Positions 1-11,894 of a stretch of DNA of 64,000 nucleotides are shown piece by piece (within the stretch, counting starts at the first letter, position 1; each line of letters opens with the position of its first letter). The notes below the pieces were generated by a model that saw only the letters and a list, made by a program, of their open reading frames with translations, ran no database searches and was not told where the DNA came from. The translations under genes were made by a program, and so were the position numbers. The stretch is from an uncultured Planctomycetota bacterium (lineage in GTDB: Bacteria; Planctomycetota; Planctomycetia; Pirellulales; Lacipirellulaceae). The DNA lies in contig CAVRBU010000004.1 in assembly GCA_963719315.1 (NCBI GenBank), forward strand, positions 480,001-544,000. Reading direction: 5' to 3'.

Positions 1-3000
1 GACGTTCCGCCACGCCGAGTGGCCGCACGTTCAATTGTCCAGGATGCGACCGACGCAATTGCGAAGAGGCCGGCCGAGAGCCAGCGGAGCGCCGACGCAA
101 CGGCGACCTGCCCTTCCCAGCGGGCCGCCAGCAACAGGCCTATCACGATCCCGACGGCTACCAAGCCAATGCGACGCCAGTCGGTAATGTATCGCGACAG
201 CCCGGCCGATACGGCAATCGCCGCAGCCGCCAATAGGAGCCACGCGCCACGATCAGCCGCATGGCGGTGCGCGATGCCGGCGATTTCGAATTGCTCGATG
301 GGCGAAACAACCCGGTCGCCCACGACTTGAGTAGGCGACAGTTCCTGCGCGGCGCCTGGCAAAACGGCATACGTGGCGATGAGCAGCACCAGCGCCGCGA
401 TGAGGACCGACACCACGCGATCGACCGGAGGCCACGGCGGGTCAAGCAGCCGCGCGCTGATACAGCGCCATCGGCGCGGTGGAACGGCAACGACGCTGTC
501 ATCGCCGCGAATTGACCCCCGCGCCAATATCCAACGAACAGCGCTTAGCACCAGGCAATATGCAGAGAGGGCAATGCCCAATGCTTCGAGGAACCATGGA
601 TCGAGCCAGGCGTGCCGGGTGATCGTGTACCATTCGCGCGTTTCAACGGCCGCCGTTACGCCACATATTATCGCGAAAACCACCCCAACCTGCGACGCCG
701 TGAACAGCGCGGGCGAAACGACGAGGGCGGCCAACACGAACCACACGCCGGCCAACCAGGCCAGGTAAACGCTCAGCGTGCTGGCCGAAGTGGCGTAAGC
801 CGTTACGGCAATCCACAAACCGGCGGCCAGCGACGTGACTAACCCGGAAAATGCAAGCGAGCCGAGCACGTCGATGCGCCGCGCCGCGGTTAGTGCGGAC
901 GGCATGCGGAGCGTGCCTGCTGCATTGGTTAGCACAACACAACCGAGCGCGACAAGCGACGCGTGCGCCAACAACGCAACAATCCACGGCCGCTGCAATT
1001 GCCACTCTGGATTGAACCGATATACGATGCCTTGTACCAATGCGGTGAATAGCAACGCCGAGCCAACTCGCGCCGCATCCGCGCGAGCGAACAACCATGC
1101 GGCAACCAGCGCCGCCAGCGCGTAAATCGTCAGTGTCCAGGTCGCATTTTCCGGATCGTCGATTTGCGCGAAGCCAAACCACGCGACGAGCGTCAGGCTG
1201 ACAATCGCAGTCGCGGCGGCAACGAGCGCGTACATCCTACCCGCCTCGCGCCGAGCGTGTGCCGCTGGCTCTGCCAGTGCTTTATCGGGTACTGCGCTAG
1301 CGGAGCCGATAGCCCCCAACCGGAATCGCGAACACCACGCTGCGAGCGCTGTAAGTATTGCCGCCAGCGGAACGAGTGCGTGCCCACTCGTGGCCGAGAG
1401 GACAACATTCCTGAGTGCAGGTGAGTCGCCGATTGTCAAGCCCACATCGCCGCGCAGCCGATAGAAGCCGATCAACCAAACGGCTGCGAGGGCAATGCCC
1501 GCCGGCACGTGGGCGGCCGGAATATCGAACCAAATCGCGACGCCGATCATCGCGGCCGCAGCGACGATCGCGGTCGGAAGCAGCGTGACCGGATCTGGCC
1601 AGGCGAGCACAACGGCGGCGGCCATCATCAGCGCGCCGAGCGCCGACCCCAATTCCGATGGTCTGCAAACCCGAAAACGCGCGGTCCGTCATCCGCCGCC
1701 AGAACAGCAACCCGACCAAGACCGCCGGCATGCCGCACAGCACGCCGAGCGGCGATAGCCAGTGCAGCGTCGTGCCCAGCGGCGGCACGTTGTGCAACAG
1801 CAGCGCGAGCGGCATGAGCGCCGCGGTGCTCGCGATCCCCAAAAACGTGAGCACGCGATTGGCTTCCACTTCCGACATGGACATCGCCGTAGGCACGGCC
1901 GGCTCGGCTGTGCCAGACTCACCGTCCGCGCCGGCTGCCCCCCTGCCCTCGCTAGTCCAACGCCGGCCCGTAACGACACTCGTCGTGAGCAGGTAACCAG
2001 CAATCGGCGCCGCGGCCATCGCATAGAGCCAAACCAACAACGTCGCCTCCCCGGCAAACCGCCGGATGAGGAGCTGCATCAGGCAAGGAATCATGACACA
2101 GCCGGCCAGCAAAACCGCATCGCGCGGAACAAGAATCCGGCCGGCGAGGTATACGAGCAACGCGAACACTCCCAGCGACACACCTTCGCCGACCAGCGAA
2201 AATAAGTCGGTCGGCGGCGTCGCCTGTGTAAACGCCGCGATCGCCAGAAAGTTGAGCGGCACCAGAAGCGTCGCGATGAGCAGCAGGCCGTGGCTCGTGG
2301 TATGAATTTTCCAACGCCGATCGGTGTACATTCCGACGCCGAACAGCGCCGCCGTCACACCATTGAATAGTACGAACTTCAACAGTGGTTGCGCGGCGAT
2401 CTGCGACCAAAAACTGATGACCAGCGCAATCGAACAACCAACGATCAAGAGGCCGCCCACCAGTTCGCCCCAGCGGATGTTCTTTTCCTCCATGAACGCG
2501 GCAAATATCCGCGAGAGCGCCTCGCGCCGCTTCGGCTGCTCCGCGGGCGCCACGGGCTCCGCCAATGCTTCAACCCTAGCCGCTTCGCGACTCGCGGCGT
2601 AATTGCGCGCTCGTTCACCCGGTGATATCGACCGGGCTGGCGTGGGCGCCGCGGCTGGTGTTGGTCCTCCCGTCGGTGGCGCGTGCATTGAGACAGAATG
2701 CGGCGGCGCGCCCGCTGGCTGAGCCGGCGTAATTGCGGCGGGTCGCGACGCCGCTGCCGCCGCGGCTTCGGTCAAGCGATGTTCTTGCTCGTTGATTGCC
2801 GCCGTCAACTTCGCACGAGATTCGGCATCCAGCGCACCGTGCTGGCCGAACACTTCCAACTGTCGGCGAATCGCTTGCAGTGCCGCCACGCTGTCGGCCG
2901 GCCGCCGACTGACATGTGGCCAATCGCAAACCGGGCACACTTGCTGATTCGGCGGCAGCGGCGAGTCGCACTGTGGACATTGGCGTCGGCCGTCGGCTCC

Positions 3001-3192
3001 CGACGTTGGCCCAGGCGTCGACGTCGATCGACGTTGGCCAAACACGCTCGCCAGCAGCACCCAGATCCCGTGACCGACCAGCGTCACGATGGCCAGGACG
3101 AAAAACAGCACCACAAAGAAGATGGTGAGTTCGTTCAACTCCGCGGCCTTATGATGAGATTGCGAACGAGAGCAACGAAAAGTCAGGTTCAT
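1..3192 (-). CDS. Large multi-pass membrane protein of planctomycete type, with N-terminal zinc ribbon; apparent frameshift near 1640; runs off the window
   Basis: ORF 1297..3192 has CPQC..CPVC, FMEEKNIRWGELVGGLLIVG and many TM helices; hydrophobic helices continue in another frame after ~1640. Confidence 0.7.
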
Positions 3193-3460
3193 GATAATTC
3201 GGGACCTCCCAGATAGCCATTGCCAAAGGCCGGCCGCTTTGCCGAAATGCCAACTAGTGGGCTGTCCGCGTTCAAGTGAATGGCAACGTCATGCCTACGC
3301 CGCAACGGCGAAGGCATGCCACCCAGCGTTTCAGTCGTGACAGACCACTGGTTCACTTATCCAATTGGCAGGGAGGAAATGAAGCTCGGGGGAGGTATCG
3401 GCTTGGCATTTGTTCGATTGGTTGAATAAGGAACGACTCGTGAATAACTTCGGCCTTTCG

Positions 3461-3552
3461 CGAGAGGTCGAGGGTCGAGTGTCGAGGGCCGGCTTCAAAA
3501 CAGCGGTGCAGTCGCTTGCTTGCCCTCGACACTCGACCCTCCGCCCTCGACC
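3461..3552. repeat. Intergenic heptamer (GTCGAGG) tandem inverted repeat
   Basis: GGTCGAGGGTCGAGTGTCGAGGG ... CCCTCGACACTCGACCCTCCGCCCTCGACC. Confidence 0.8.
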
Positions 3553-3846
3553 TTCTACGAGTCACCCAAGTTACTTTGAGCCACTCCAAAGGGCTTCGTC
3601 AGGCCTTGCCCAAAAAAGAGTTTGCTCCAGGATTGTTTTTCCAAAATACGGGAGGTATCTTGACCGCTGCTTAAAGTTACGGCATCGGCCACGTCCAACG
3701 ACTGGTCTTCATCAGCCGGCCGTGTCTGGGTCGTTTTCTGGCGGTCCATCTCAAACGTCATCGGGGGAGATTGTATGCGCGACGCCATTTGCCGCACCTC
3801 GGTCGGTGGATTCAGAGCATCTTGGCACACACCGGGCGTGGGTCCG

Positions 3847-6800
3847 ATGAGAATTGCACCGGTGTTGTTCGCGACTCTACTGCTCAGCTCGGCACTGATC
3901 GTTTGTGATCGTAATAGTCAGTGTCGCGCTGCGACGGATATTCAAACCGGCTTCGACGGATTCCCGGTGCTCCGGGGTTTCCGGGCGACCCGGGAACCAA
4001 TGGCGGCCCCGGCGGGCCTGCTTTCCCCGATCCCGTCTTGGCCAATGCCAGCGGGAACCCCGATCTTATCAACGAAGCGCAAGCGAACGGCAGTCAAGGC
4101 GGCCCCGGCGGGAATGGCGGTGATGGCGACATGTTTCTCAATCCGAACGCCTCGGCCGGCGGTGGCGGAGATGGCGGAACCGGCGCCGCCGCCAGCGCCA
4201 CTGCAATGACCAATCCCGCCCTATCCGGCGCGGCAGCAGCATCGGCTACCGCTTACGGCGGCAACGGCGGCGTGGGAGGCTCTAGTGGAGTTCCCGCCGG
4301 CGCGGGCGCCATGGGAATGATGGGCAATGGCGGCAGCGGCGGCAATGCGATGAGCTTATCTGATACCATGATGTTTCTCGGCGGAACGCTCACGTCTAAC
4401 AGTTGGGCCTTTGGGGGAGCCGGAGGGAACAGTGCGACCGGCGGCAACGCCAATGCAACGGCGACCGGCAACGGCTTCACGCCCTCGTTCGCCGTTACGT
4501 CCACGGCCGTTGGCGGCTTCGGCGGAAACGGCGGCGGACTCGGCGGTAATGGTGGCACCGCAACCGCGGCCGCGAATGGCGCCAACCTCGGCGCCGGGGC
4601 GCTTGCCGACAACTTCGTCTCCGCGTACGCCACCGGCGGATTGGGCGGCGTTGCCAGTGGCGGACTCGCCGGAAACGGCGGCAGCGCCACGATCATATCG
4701 CCCGTCAACGGAATCTTCAGCGGCAGCGGCTACGTGCTGGCGAACCAAACCGGCGGCGCGGGCGGCTTCGCATCCGCCGGCGGCCAGGGTGGCAACGGCG
4801 CCGATTCGATGCTAACCGACGCGGTCAGTGGTTCGGCGAATGATGAACTGCAACTCTTTCAATATGCCGTCGGCGGCGACGCCGGAGGATCGAACGGCGG
4901 ACTTGTTGGCATGGCGGGCAATGCCAACTCAAATCTCACTGCCAATAAACCGTTCGGCGGGGATTTTGTTGGTGTCAGCGATGCCCACGGTGGGAATGGC
5001 GGCAACGGCATCGGCATCACCAACGGCGGCGATGGTGGCAGCGCCAACGGCTTGATCGATCTTAGCGGACCCGATTCTGTTAGCGCCTACCTAACCGCAA
5101 CTGGCGGCAATGGCGGGAGTGCCAGCGGCACCGGTGCGGGAGGCAACGGCGCGCCGGTGATTTTGTCCGCTCTCACCCATGGATCGACGAGTCTTGACCT
5201 GACATTCGACCAACGTGCCACCGGTGGAAACGGCGGCAATGCAACGACGGGCCTGGCCGGTCAAGGCGCCGCCGCCAGTTCGGATCTCAATAACACTTCC
5301 ACCAGCCAGTCGGTCAATGTCCTCACCGTCGCAAACGGCGGAAAAGGCGGAGACAAGAGTATTGGCGCCGGAATCGCCGGCACCGGCGGCGCCGCGGACG
5401 CCAAAGCCGTTTTCGACAGCAGCACTGGTTCCGTGACTACCTACAGCGATGCAAGAGGCGGCGCGGGCGGCGCCAGCACCGCGACCGTGGGTGGTCCCAA
5501 CGGTGGCCAAGGCGGAAATGCAAATTCGGAAGCCGGCGCCGACTTTAACGGAGGTGCGTTTCCATCTGCCAGCGCCACCGCCATCAGTGTGGCGGGCGCC
5601 GGTGGATCGGTGAGCGCGGCGGGGCGGATTGGCGGCGTAGGCGGCAACGCCACGAGCTCTGCTGATAGCGATTCGACCCCGTCCGGAAGTTTGCTCGCCG
5701 ACAGCCAGGCCTACGGCGGCGCGGGCGGCGGAGCGCTCCCGAACGGGCGCGGCAATGGCGGGGCGGGCGGCAACGCCACGTCCACTGCGATGGGGCACAT
5801 TTCCAATGGAGATTTTCAGGTAACGTCAAAGGCCTCGGGCGGAGCGGGCGGCAACGGCGGCAATGCCGTCGGGGCTCTTGTCGCCGACCGAGGTAACGGC
5901 GGCGCGGGGGGTACGGCCACGGCGAGTGCTGTCGGAATCACGCCCAGCTTTGCCTGTCGCCGTCGATCGCCGTGACGGCTTTCGGCGGTAACGGTGGTTA
6001 TGCAACGGGTCTCGGCTTCAGTGCCGGCAATGGCGGAGCGGCCACGATTTTGACATCCGGAGGAGGCTTCGATACCGGAACTGTTTCGGTCACTCAAGTG
6101 GGTGGAAACGGCGGCTACGGTAATGCAAATGCGCTCGGCGGCAATGGGGCCGACTCGTTGCTTACCGACGGCATCAGTGCCGGGGCAGGTGTGAATCTCT
6201 CGATCAACCAATACACGTACGGCGGAAACGGCGGGGGCAGCGACGGGGGAACGGTGGGCACGGCCGGCAATGCCGCTTCGTATCTCTCCCACAACAATGG
6301 ATCACTCGACGCATTTACCACCGGTCTCAGTCAAGCCGTAGGCGGGATCGGCGGCGCCGGTTCTGGCGTGAGCAACGGCAGCGACGGCGGCACAGCCACT
6401 GGATCCATTCATCTGACCGCGCCCACTTTTCCGTTCGCAAATAGTCAGGCGTCGGCGAGCTTACGCGCGGTCGGCGGAAGCGGAGGCAACGCGCTGGGCA
6501 ACGGCAACGCCGGCCAGGGCGCGAGCGTCTCGCTCGTTGACAAGACCACGGGCGCCGCGAAGACATCGCTAACACTCAATCAGTACGCCGTCGGCGGCAA
6601 CGGCGGCAATGCGATGACCGGCACCCCCGGCGTGGGCGGCGCGGCCGAGAGTCGGCTCACCGACATGGCGTCGATAGCCGACACACTCAATGCGCTGACC
6701 TCGACCAACGGCGGTATTGGCGGCCGCAAGACCGCGGCCAGCGGCGTCGGCGCCCTGGGTGGGAACGCCGACAGCTCAACCATTCTGCAAAGCACCGTCG

Positions 6801-8436
6801 GCGCATTCGTCGAAGGAAGAGCGGAGGCCAGCGCCGGTCGCGGCGACCACGGCACCGGCGGCGCCAACGGCGGCGAAGGCGGCTTGGCAACTTCCAGCAC
6901 CAACGCCGTCACCGATGGAATCAATCGGTATTCCCGTGCGATGAGCACTTCAACCGGCGGATCGGGAGGAACCGTCGATTCCAGCGGCGCGACCGCGGGA
7001 TCGGGCGGCGCAGCCAAGAGTTACGCTTCGAGCGCGGCCGGCACCGATAGTCAAGTCTCGTCCACCAGCACGTCGACGGGCGGCAATGGCGGTTTAGCAA
7101 GCGCCGGCCACGGTGGCGCCGGAGGCGCGGCTTCCGCGACGGCGAACGGCGGGGGAGCTGTAACGACCGATACATTTTTCGTGTCGACCAACGCCTATGG
7201 CGGAGACGGTGGTTCCAGCAGCAACAGCGGCAACGGCGGCGCGGGTGGCAGCGCCTCCAGTTATGCATCTGGTCAGAACCTCGGCACTGCGCTGACGAAC
7301 ATTCAGTCGTATGCGCGGGGCGGCGCGGGCGGTATGCCCAACGGCGGCGGCTTCAATGCCGGGCTGGGAGGCGATGCGAACGCGACGGCCATCAGCGCTT
7401 CGGCCGGTGCTGCGAGTGCCAACACCACGGCACTGGGCGGGGTCTCGCCGGGGACGCTTACCGATGGATCGGCCGTCGCCCGCAGCGAGGCCACGGGCAC
7501 TTCCGGCAACGCGATTGCAAGCGCCACCTCCAGTGGTGGAGCGTCCGTACTCGTCTCGACGACGACTTCCGCGCCGGTCGCCAGCACGAGCATTGCTGAA
7601 AGTCGCGCGGCCGCGGGCAAGGCGTTTCCCAACGCGAGCCTGGCCAACGGACTGCAATCGGCCGCGTTTGTCATCGGCATGCCTTTGTCGGCCGACGTGA
7701 CGGCCGCGGTTGTCGACAATCCGCACTCGACCCAAATGGTCGGCGGCGGGGCGAACGTGTTGGGCATGATGCTTCTCAGCGGCAGTTATTCCAACAGCGG
7801 CTCGGCGCATCGCAGACCTACTTCAGCTCGTCGACGTTCACGATCGACCTCACGCAGGTGGGGTCGTTCCAAGATCTGCAACTGGCCGCGCTGGATGCCT
7901 CGAAAACTGGAACCGGCTTCGACTCGTTGCGATTGGAAGTCGTCCGTGAGGGAGTGTCCGTCGTCGATTTGATGATGACCGACGTACCCTCGACGCTCGG
8001 CATGCTGAATGACTTTGTGTTCAACCTGGGCGACATCGAAACGGGCATCACGGATAACATGCTCGATGTAACCGTGCGACTGAGCCTGACGACCGACGAA
8101 CTCAATGCCGGTTTCGGTTCACTTTTTCTGTTGGCCAACTCGCCGCTGGCGCCCTTCAGCGGCGACTTCAACAACGACCACGTCGTCGACGCGGCCGATT
8201 ACGTCGTGTGGCGCAAAGGCTTGGGCACCACGTATACGCAATCCGACTACTACGTCTGGCGATCGCAGTTCGGACAAACGATACCAGGCTCGGGCAGCAG
8301 CCTGGATTCGCCCACCCCCGTGCCGGAACCAACGATTGCTTGGCTGTTCATCCTGGGAGCGGTCGCCGGCGCCACGCCGGTACACCGCACCTTTTTGCGA
8401 GCACAAATAACTCGTGTACGGAGGAACTCCCTCTAG
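3847..8436 (+). CDS. Giant Gly-rich (PGRS-like) secreted PEP-CTERM protein with dockerin-like domain; split by apparent frameshifts near 3965, 5950 and 7810
   Basis: Signal peptide MRIAPVLFATLLLSS; GGNGG/GGAGG repeats across ORFs 3921..5975 and 5972..7972; C-terminal GDFNNDHVVDAADYVVWRK and PVPEP-TM-basic tail in 7858..8436. Confidence 0.8.
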
Positions 8437-8495
8437 TCCCTAAGATATCAGCCTGCCAGGGTTGAACGCCGTCAACTTTGGTGTAATGTCTGTGT

Positions 8496-9500
8496 ATGCG
8501 ATATATCTTACCGATACTGTTGTGGGTTTGCGTTGGGCTCCCTGCCGGCGCCACACAGCCCAAAGCCGAGCTAGTCTCCGTCCACAAGATTTGGGACCAG
8601 GCGCCGCATAGTGCGTTCACCGACCTGGCCTATTGGAAAGGTCAGTTCGTCTGCGCGTTCCGCGAAGGTCGGAAGCACGTTTCCACCGACGGCCGAATCC
8701 GCATCCTGATATCGCCCGACGGCGAAACATGGACACCTGCCGCCGTGATCACGCTGAGCGGCTTTGATCTCCGCGACGCCGGCCTGTCGATCGCTCCCGA
8801 TGGCCGGCTGATGCTCAACGGCGGCGCGGCCCCGCGCAAGAACGACAACGAACACGCACCAACCGGCACGTTCGTCGCCTTCTCCGAGGATGGCAAGACT
8901 TGGACATCGCCTGAAATCGTCGTCGAGCCCGGCCGCTGGATGTGGCGCGTCAACTGGCACGATGGCAAAGCGTACGGCGTCGCCTACGCCAGCTATCGCC
9001 CATTGAACGGCGACGACACAACCCAACTACTCGCGAGCGACGACGGCCTGAAGTTCACTCCACTCGTGCCCAAACTACTGAGCGGCGGCATCCCGACCGA
9101 AGCCACGCTGCGTTTCGACAAAGACGGCACGATGTACTGCTTGCAACGCCGGGACGGCAAACCGACTCCGCTCTCGGCGTACTTCGGCGTCAGTCGCCCG
9201 CCTTACACAGAATGGCAGTGGCACGACTTGGGCATCCACGTCGGCGGCCCGAACTTCATTCAACTACCGTCCGGCCAATGGCTCGCCGCCGGGCGTTTCT
9301 TCAACGACAGAATCCCGAAGACCAAATTGGCCTTGCTCGATGTGAAAAAATACTCCCTCGACCCAATTCTCGAACTCCCCAGCGGCGGCGACAGCAGCTA
9401 CCCCGGCCTCGTCTGGCACGACAACACGCTCTGGATGAGCTACTACTCCAGCCATGAAGGTAAAACGAGCATTTACTTAGCGAAGGTGCAGGTCAAATAA
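8496..9500 (+). CDS. Secreted BNR/Asp-box beta-propeller (sialidase-like) protein
   Basis: Signal peptide; Asp-boxes SPDGETW, SEDGKTW, SDDGLKF; GDSSYPG. Confidence 0.75.
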   Translation: MRYILPILLWVCVGLPAGATQPKAELVSVHKIWDQAPHSAFTDLAYWKGQFVCAFREGRKHVSTDGRIRILISPDGETWTPAAVITLSGFDLRDAGLSIAPDGRLMLNGGAAPRKNDNEHAPTGTFVAFSEDGKTWTSPEIVVEPGRWMWRVNWHDGKAYGVAYASYRPLNGDDTTQLLASDDGLKFTPLVPKLLSGGIPTEATLRFDKDGTMYCLQRRDGKPTPLSAYFGVSRPPYTEWQWHDLGIHVGGPNFIQLPSGQWLAAGRFFNDRIPKTKLALLDVKKYSLDPILELPSGGDSSYPGLVWHDNTLWMSYYSSHEGKTSIYLAKVQVK

Positions 9501-9520
9501 TGTCAGAACGGGATATATTG

Positions 9521-9645
9521 AACAGGAGCGAGCAGTAAGAACACCGAACAACTTTAACCGCCACGTCGCCAAGGACGCCAAGTAAGGCAAAAACAGCAAC
9601 GTATTTTCTTGGCGTTTCTGGCGGTTTTTCTCCGTTAGATCCTGA
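9521..9645. repeat. Nested intergenic palindromic repeat
   Basis: AACCGCCACGTCGCCAAGGACGCCAAG ... CTTGGCGTTTCTGGCGGTT, inside a second degenerate inverted repeat (AACAGGAG ... GATCCTG). Confidence 0.6.
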
Positions 9646-9655
9646 ACATTCCAAT

Positions 9656-10705
9656 ATGCAAAATCAGAATTTGATCTGTGCCGCCATAGCATTCGTCGCA
9701 GCAATTCTCATAGTTCGCCCCTGCAGCGCCGCGAAGGTTGAACTCACTGCTGAGCAAATCACCGCTTGCAAGCAGATTGGTTTGGACTCCCAACAAATCG
9801 CCGAGCTCATCGAGAAGCCGCTCTACAAGTTCACCGAAGCGGAAGTCGACATCTACCTGAAATTCCTGAGCGCTACGGAACCCGACCTCCGCAAACGTAT
9901 TCTCCACCTGGCCCGCAAGAACATCGGCCAGCCCTACGAGTTGTACCTGCTCGGCGAGATGCCATTCGAGCCCTACGATCCACAGCCCATTTATTGCCTG
10001 GGCAAAAGCGATTGCCTGGTGTTCACCGAACACACCTACGCGATGGCCCTCTCGCACAACTGGCCCAGCTTCATGAAGCTACTGCAACGCATTCGCTATC
10101 GCGACGGCCATCTCGGCGTAGCCACGCGCAACCACTATACGGAAGCCGATTGGAATGTCTCCAACGGCTGGCTCGTCGAAGACATCACGAAAGACCTGGC
10201 GGGCGACACGGCCGTTGTGTTCAAGGAGACGATCGATCGCTCCAAGTTTTTGAAAAACCGCTACCACCTCGATGTCAGCATCCCTGTTGAACATCACACC
10301 GACGAATACTTGCCGTACCAGCAAATCGAGCGCGCGAAGAGTAAGCTCCAGGACGGCGATTTCGTAAACATCGTGCGCGCCACCGTGGAAAAAAACAGCG
10401 CGCCGCAAAACGAGATCTTCGGCGGCAGCGCGTTCGTCGGCCACGTCGGCCTGATTGGCCACGGGCCCAACGGCGAGGTCCATCTGATTCACTCCACCGA
10501 GCCCAAGGTCCGCGAAGAACCGATCGACGAGTACATCAAGCGATCCACCAAGGACCTGGCCGAAAAAGACGCCGCCGGCAAACCGCGGCTCGTTGGCTTC
10601 AAATTCCTTAGGCTCCGCGACCAGCCGCTCAAGAACCTGCGAAAGATCGACGGCCCCGACGCCCCGCGCGTCACACTGCCCTCCGGCGACGAAGCGAAGT
10701 TTTAG
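9656..10705 (+). CDS. DUF1460 / NlpC-P60-like N-acetylmuramoyl-L-alanine amidase-like protein
   Basis: Signal peptide; GQPY, SDCLVFTEHTYAMA (catalytic Cys), RNHYTEADW, GHVG. Confidence 0.7.
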   Translation: MQNQNLICAAIAFVAAILIVRPCSAAKVELTAEQITACKQIGLDSQQIAELIEKPLYKFTEAEVDIYLKFLSATEPDLRKRILHLARKNIGQPYELYLLGEMPFEPYDPQPIYCLGKSDCLVFTEHTYAMALSHNWPSFMKLLQRIRYRDGHLGVATRNHYTEADWNVSNGWLVEDITKDLAGDTAVVFKETIDRSKFLKNRYHLDVSIPVEHHTDEYLPYQQIERAKSKLQDGDFVNIVRATVEKNSAPQNEIFGGSAFVGHVGLIGHGPNGEVHLIHSTEPKVREEPIDEYIKRSTKDLAEKDAAGKPRLVGFKFLRLRDQPLKNLRKIDGPDAPRVTLPSGDEAKF

Positions 10706-10707
10706 CG

Positions 10708-10760
10708 TAGAATGCTCGCTCCGCGAGCGGAATTCCGCTCGCGGAGCGAGAGGTTTATAC
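10708..10760. terminator. REP-like palindrome between convergent genes; possible bidirectional terminator
   Basis: CTCGCTCCGCGAGCGGAATTCCGCTCGCGGAGCGAG is a perfect inverted repeat. Confidence 0.6.
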
Positions 10761-11894
10761 TTACGCGTTTTCCACGATCCCCCGCAAACAGTCGTGAAAT
10801 CGTCGTAACCCCTGCTCCATCGGCATCTGGTACGGCCCCTGGAGATTCTCGCCACGGTCGTGAAGTGTGCACCGACCGTTTTGCAGCCTTACCGCGGCAC
10901 CGTGATCTTCACCAGTCACTTCATCCAGCACGGCCAAACTAGTTTCAACATAGTCGCGGCGAGTTTTCGCGATCTCGCGGTCGAAGTAGTACTCGCTTCG
11001 TAATCTCGTCCGCGTAGGCGATATCGGCGTGTAGGTCGTCGCGACCATTGTGAACGGATACCACTCGACAAGCTGCCCTGGAAACAGACACAACCAAATT
11101 GCCGCGAATGGCGGACGCCGACCGGCCAGCACATCCATCAACACACGTTGGTAGGCCGCGAACTTCGGCGTCGCCGCAGGTGGCAGCGGCCAGCGAACGT
11201 GTACCTGCTCGCAGAAGAATCGATCGCCACCCACCGCCTGAAACGCGCCGCGCAAATCGGCTGGGTCGACAAACACCCGGAAACCCGGATGCACCGCGCT
11301 TATGTGATAGTCCTCAAGATAGACTTCCAGGAACGCTTTCCAATTCAGGTCGTGCTCCTCCTCATCCACACGTTCGAGCACGTAATCAGTCGAAGCGAGC
11401 TCCGCCCAGTCGTCGAGCGGGGCCAACTCGTGCCGCACATCGCGCGGGCCTTCGAACAATAGCCCGTTCCATTCCGCCAACTCCGTTCGCTCTAAATCGA
11501 GGCTCGGATTCTCCGCAAAATGGGGCGCCGCCACCTGCCGGCCATCAAGATCGTATGCCCAATTGTGCAACGGGCAAACGAAGTTCTTCGCGTGCCCCGA
11601 GCCACACAGCATCTGCGACTGCCGATGGCGGCACGAATTCGAGATGAGCTGCGGCCGCCCGCCATTCCGAACCAACACCTTACCGGCCTGCTGGCCACCG
11701 AGCGCGAAGTAGTCCCCGTCGTTTGGCACCAGCGACGTGTGTCCCGCGTACGTCGGCCCCGCGCCGAACAAATGCCGCCGCTCGATCTCCAGAATCTCCG
11801 GCTCAAAGTACCACGAGATCGGCAAACCGACAGCCGTGTCGACGCGCGCTTCGCGGTGCACAATTGTCTGAGACATTTCACTAACCTCAATCAC
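10761..11894 (-). CDS. Rieske non-heme iron oxygenase alpha subunit (putrescine 2-hydroxylase/choline monooxygenase-like)
   Basis: Rieske ligands SCRHRQ...CPLH; iron site NWKAFLEVYLEDYHISAVH and EDH; C-terminal GPYQMPMEQG. Confidence 0.85.
   Translation of the reverse strand: MIEVSEMSQTIVHREARVDTAVGLPISWYFEPEILEIERRHLFGAGPTYAGHTSLVPNDGDYFALGGQQAGKVLVRNGGRPQLISNSCRHRQSQMLCGSGHAKNFVCPLHNWAYDLDGRQVAAPHFAENPSLDLERTELAEWNGLLFEGPRDVRHELAPLDDWAELASTDYVLERVDEEEHDLNWKAFLEVYLEDYHISAVHPGFRVFVDPADLRGAFQAVGGDRFFCEQVHVRWPLPPAATPKFAAYQRVLMDVLAGRRPPFAAIWLCLFPGQLVEWYPFTMVATTYTPISPTRTRLRSEYYFDREIAKTRRDYVETSLAVLDEVTGEDHGAAVRLQNGRCTLHDRGENLQGPYQMPMEQGLRRFHDCLRGIVENA

Noticed and set aside
3921..7972. Mycobacterial PE-PGRS gene or horizontal transfer from Actinobacteria
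   Set aside because: No PE domain; it has a Sec signal and a planctomycete dockerin-like/PEP-CTERM tail
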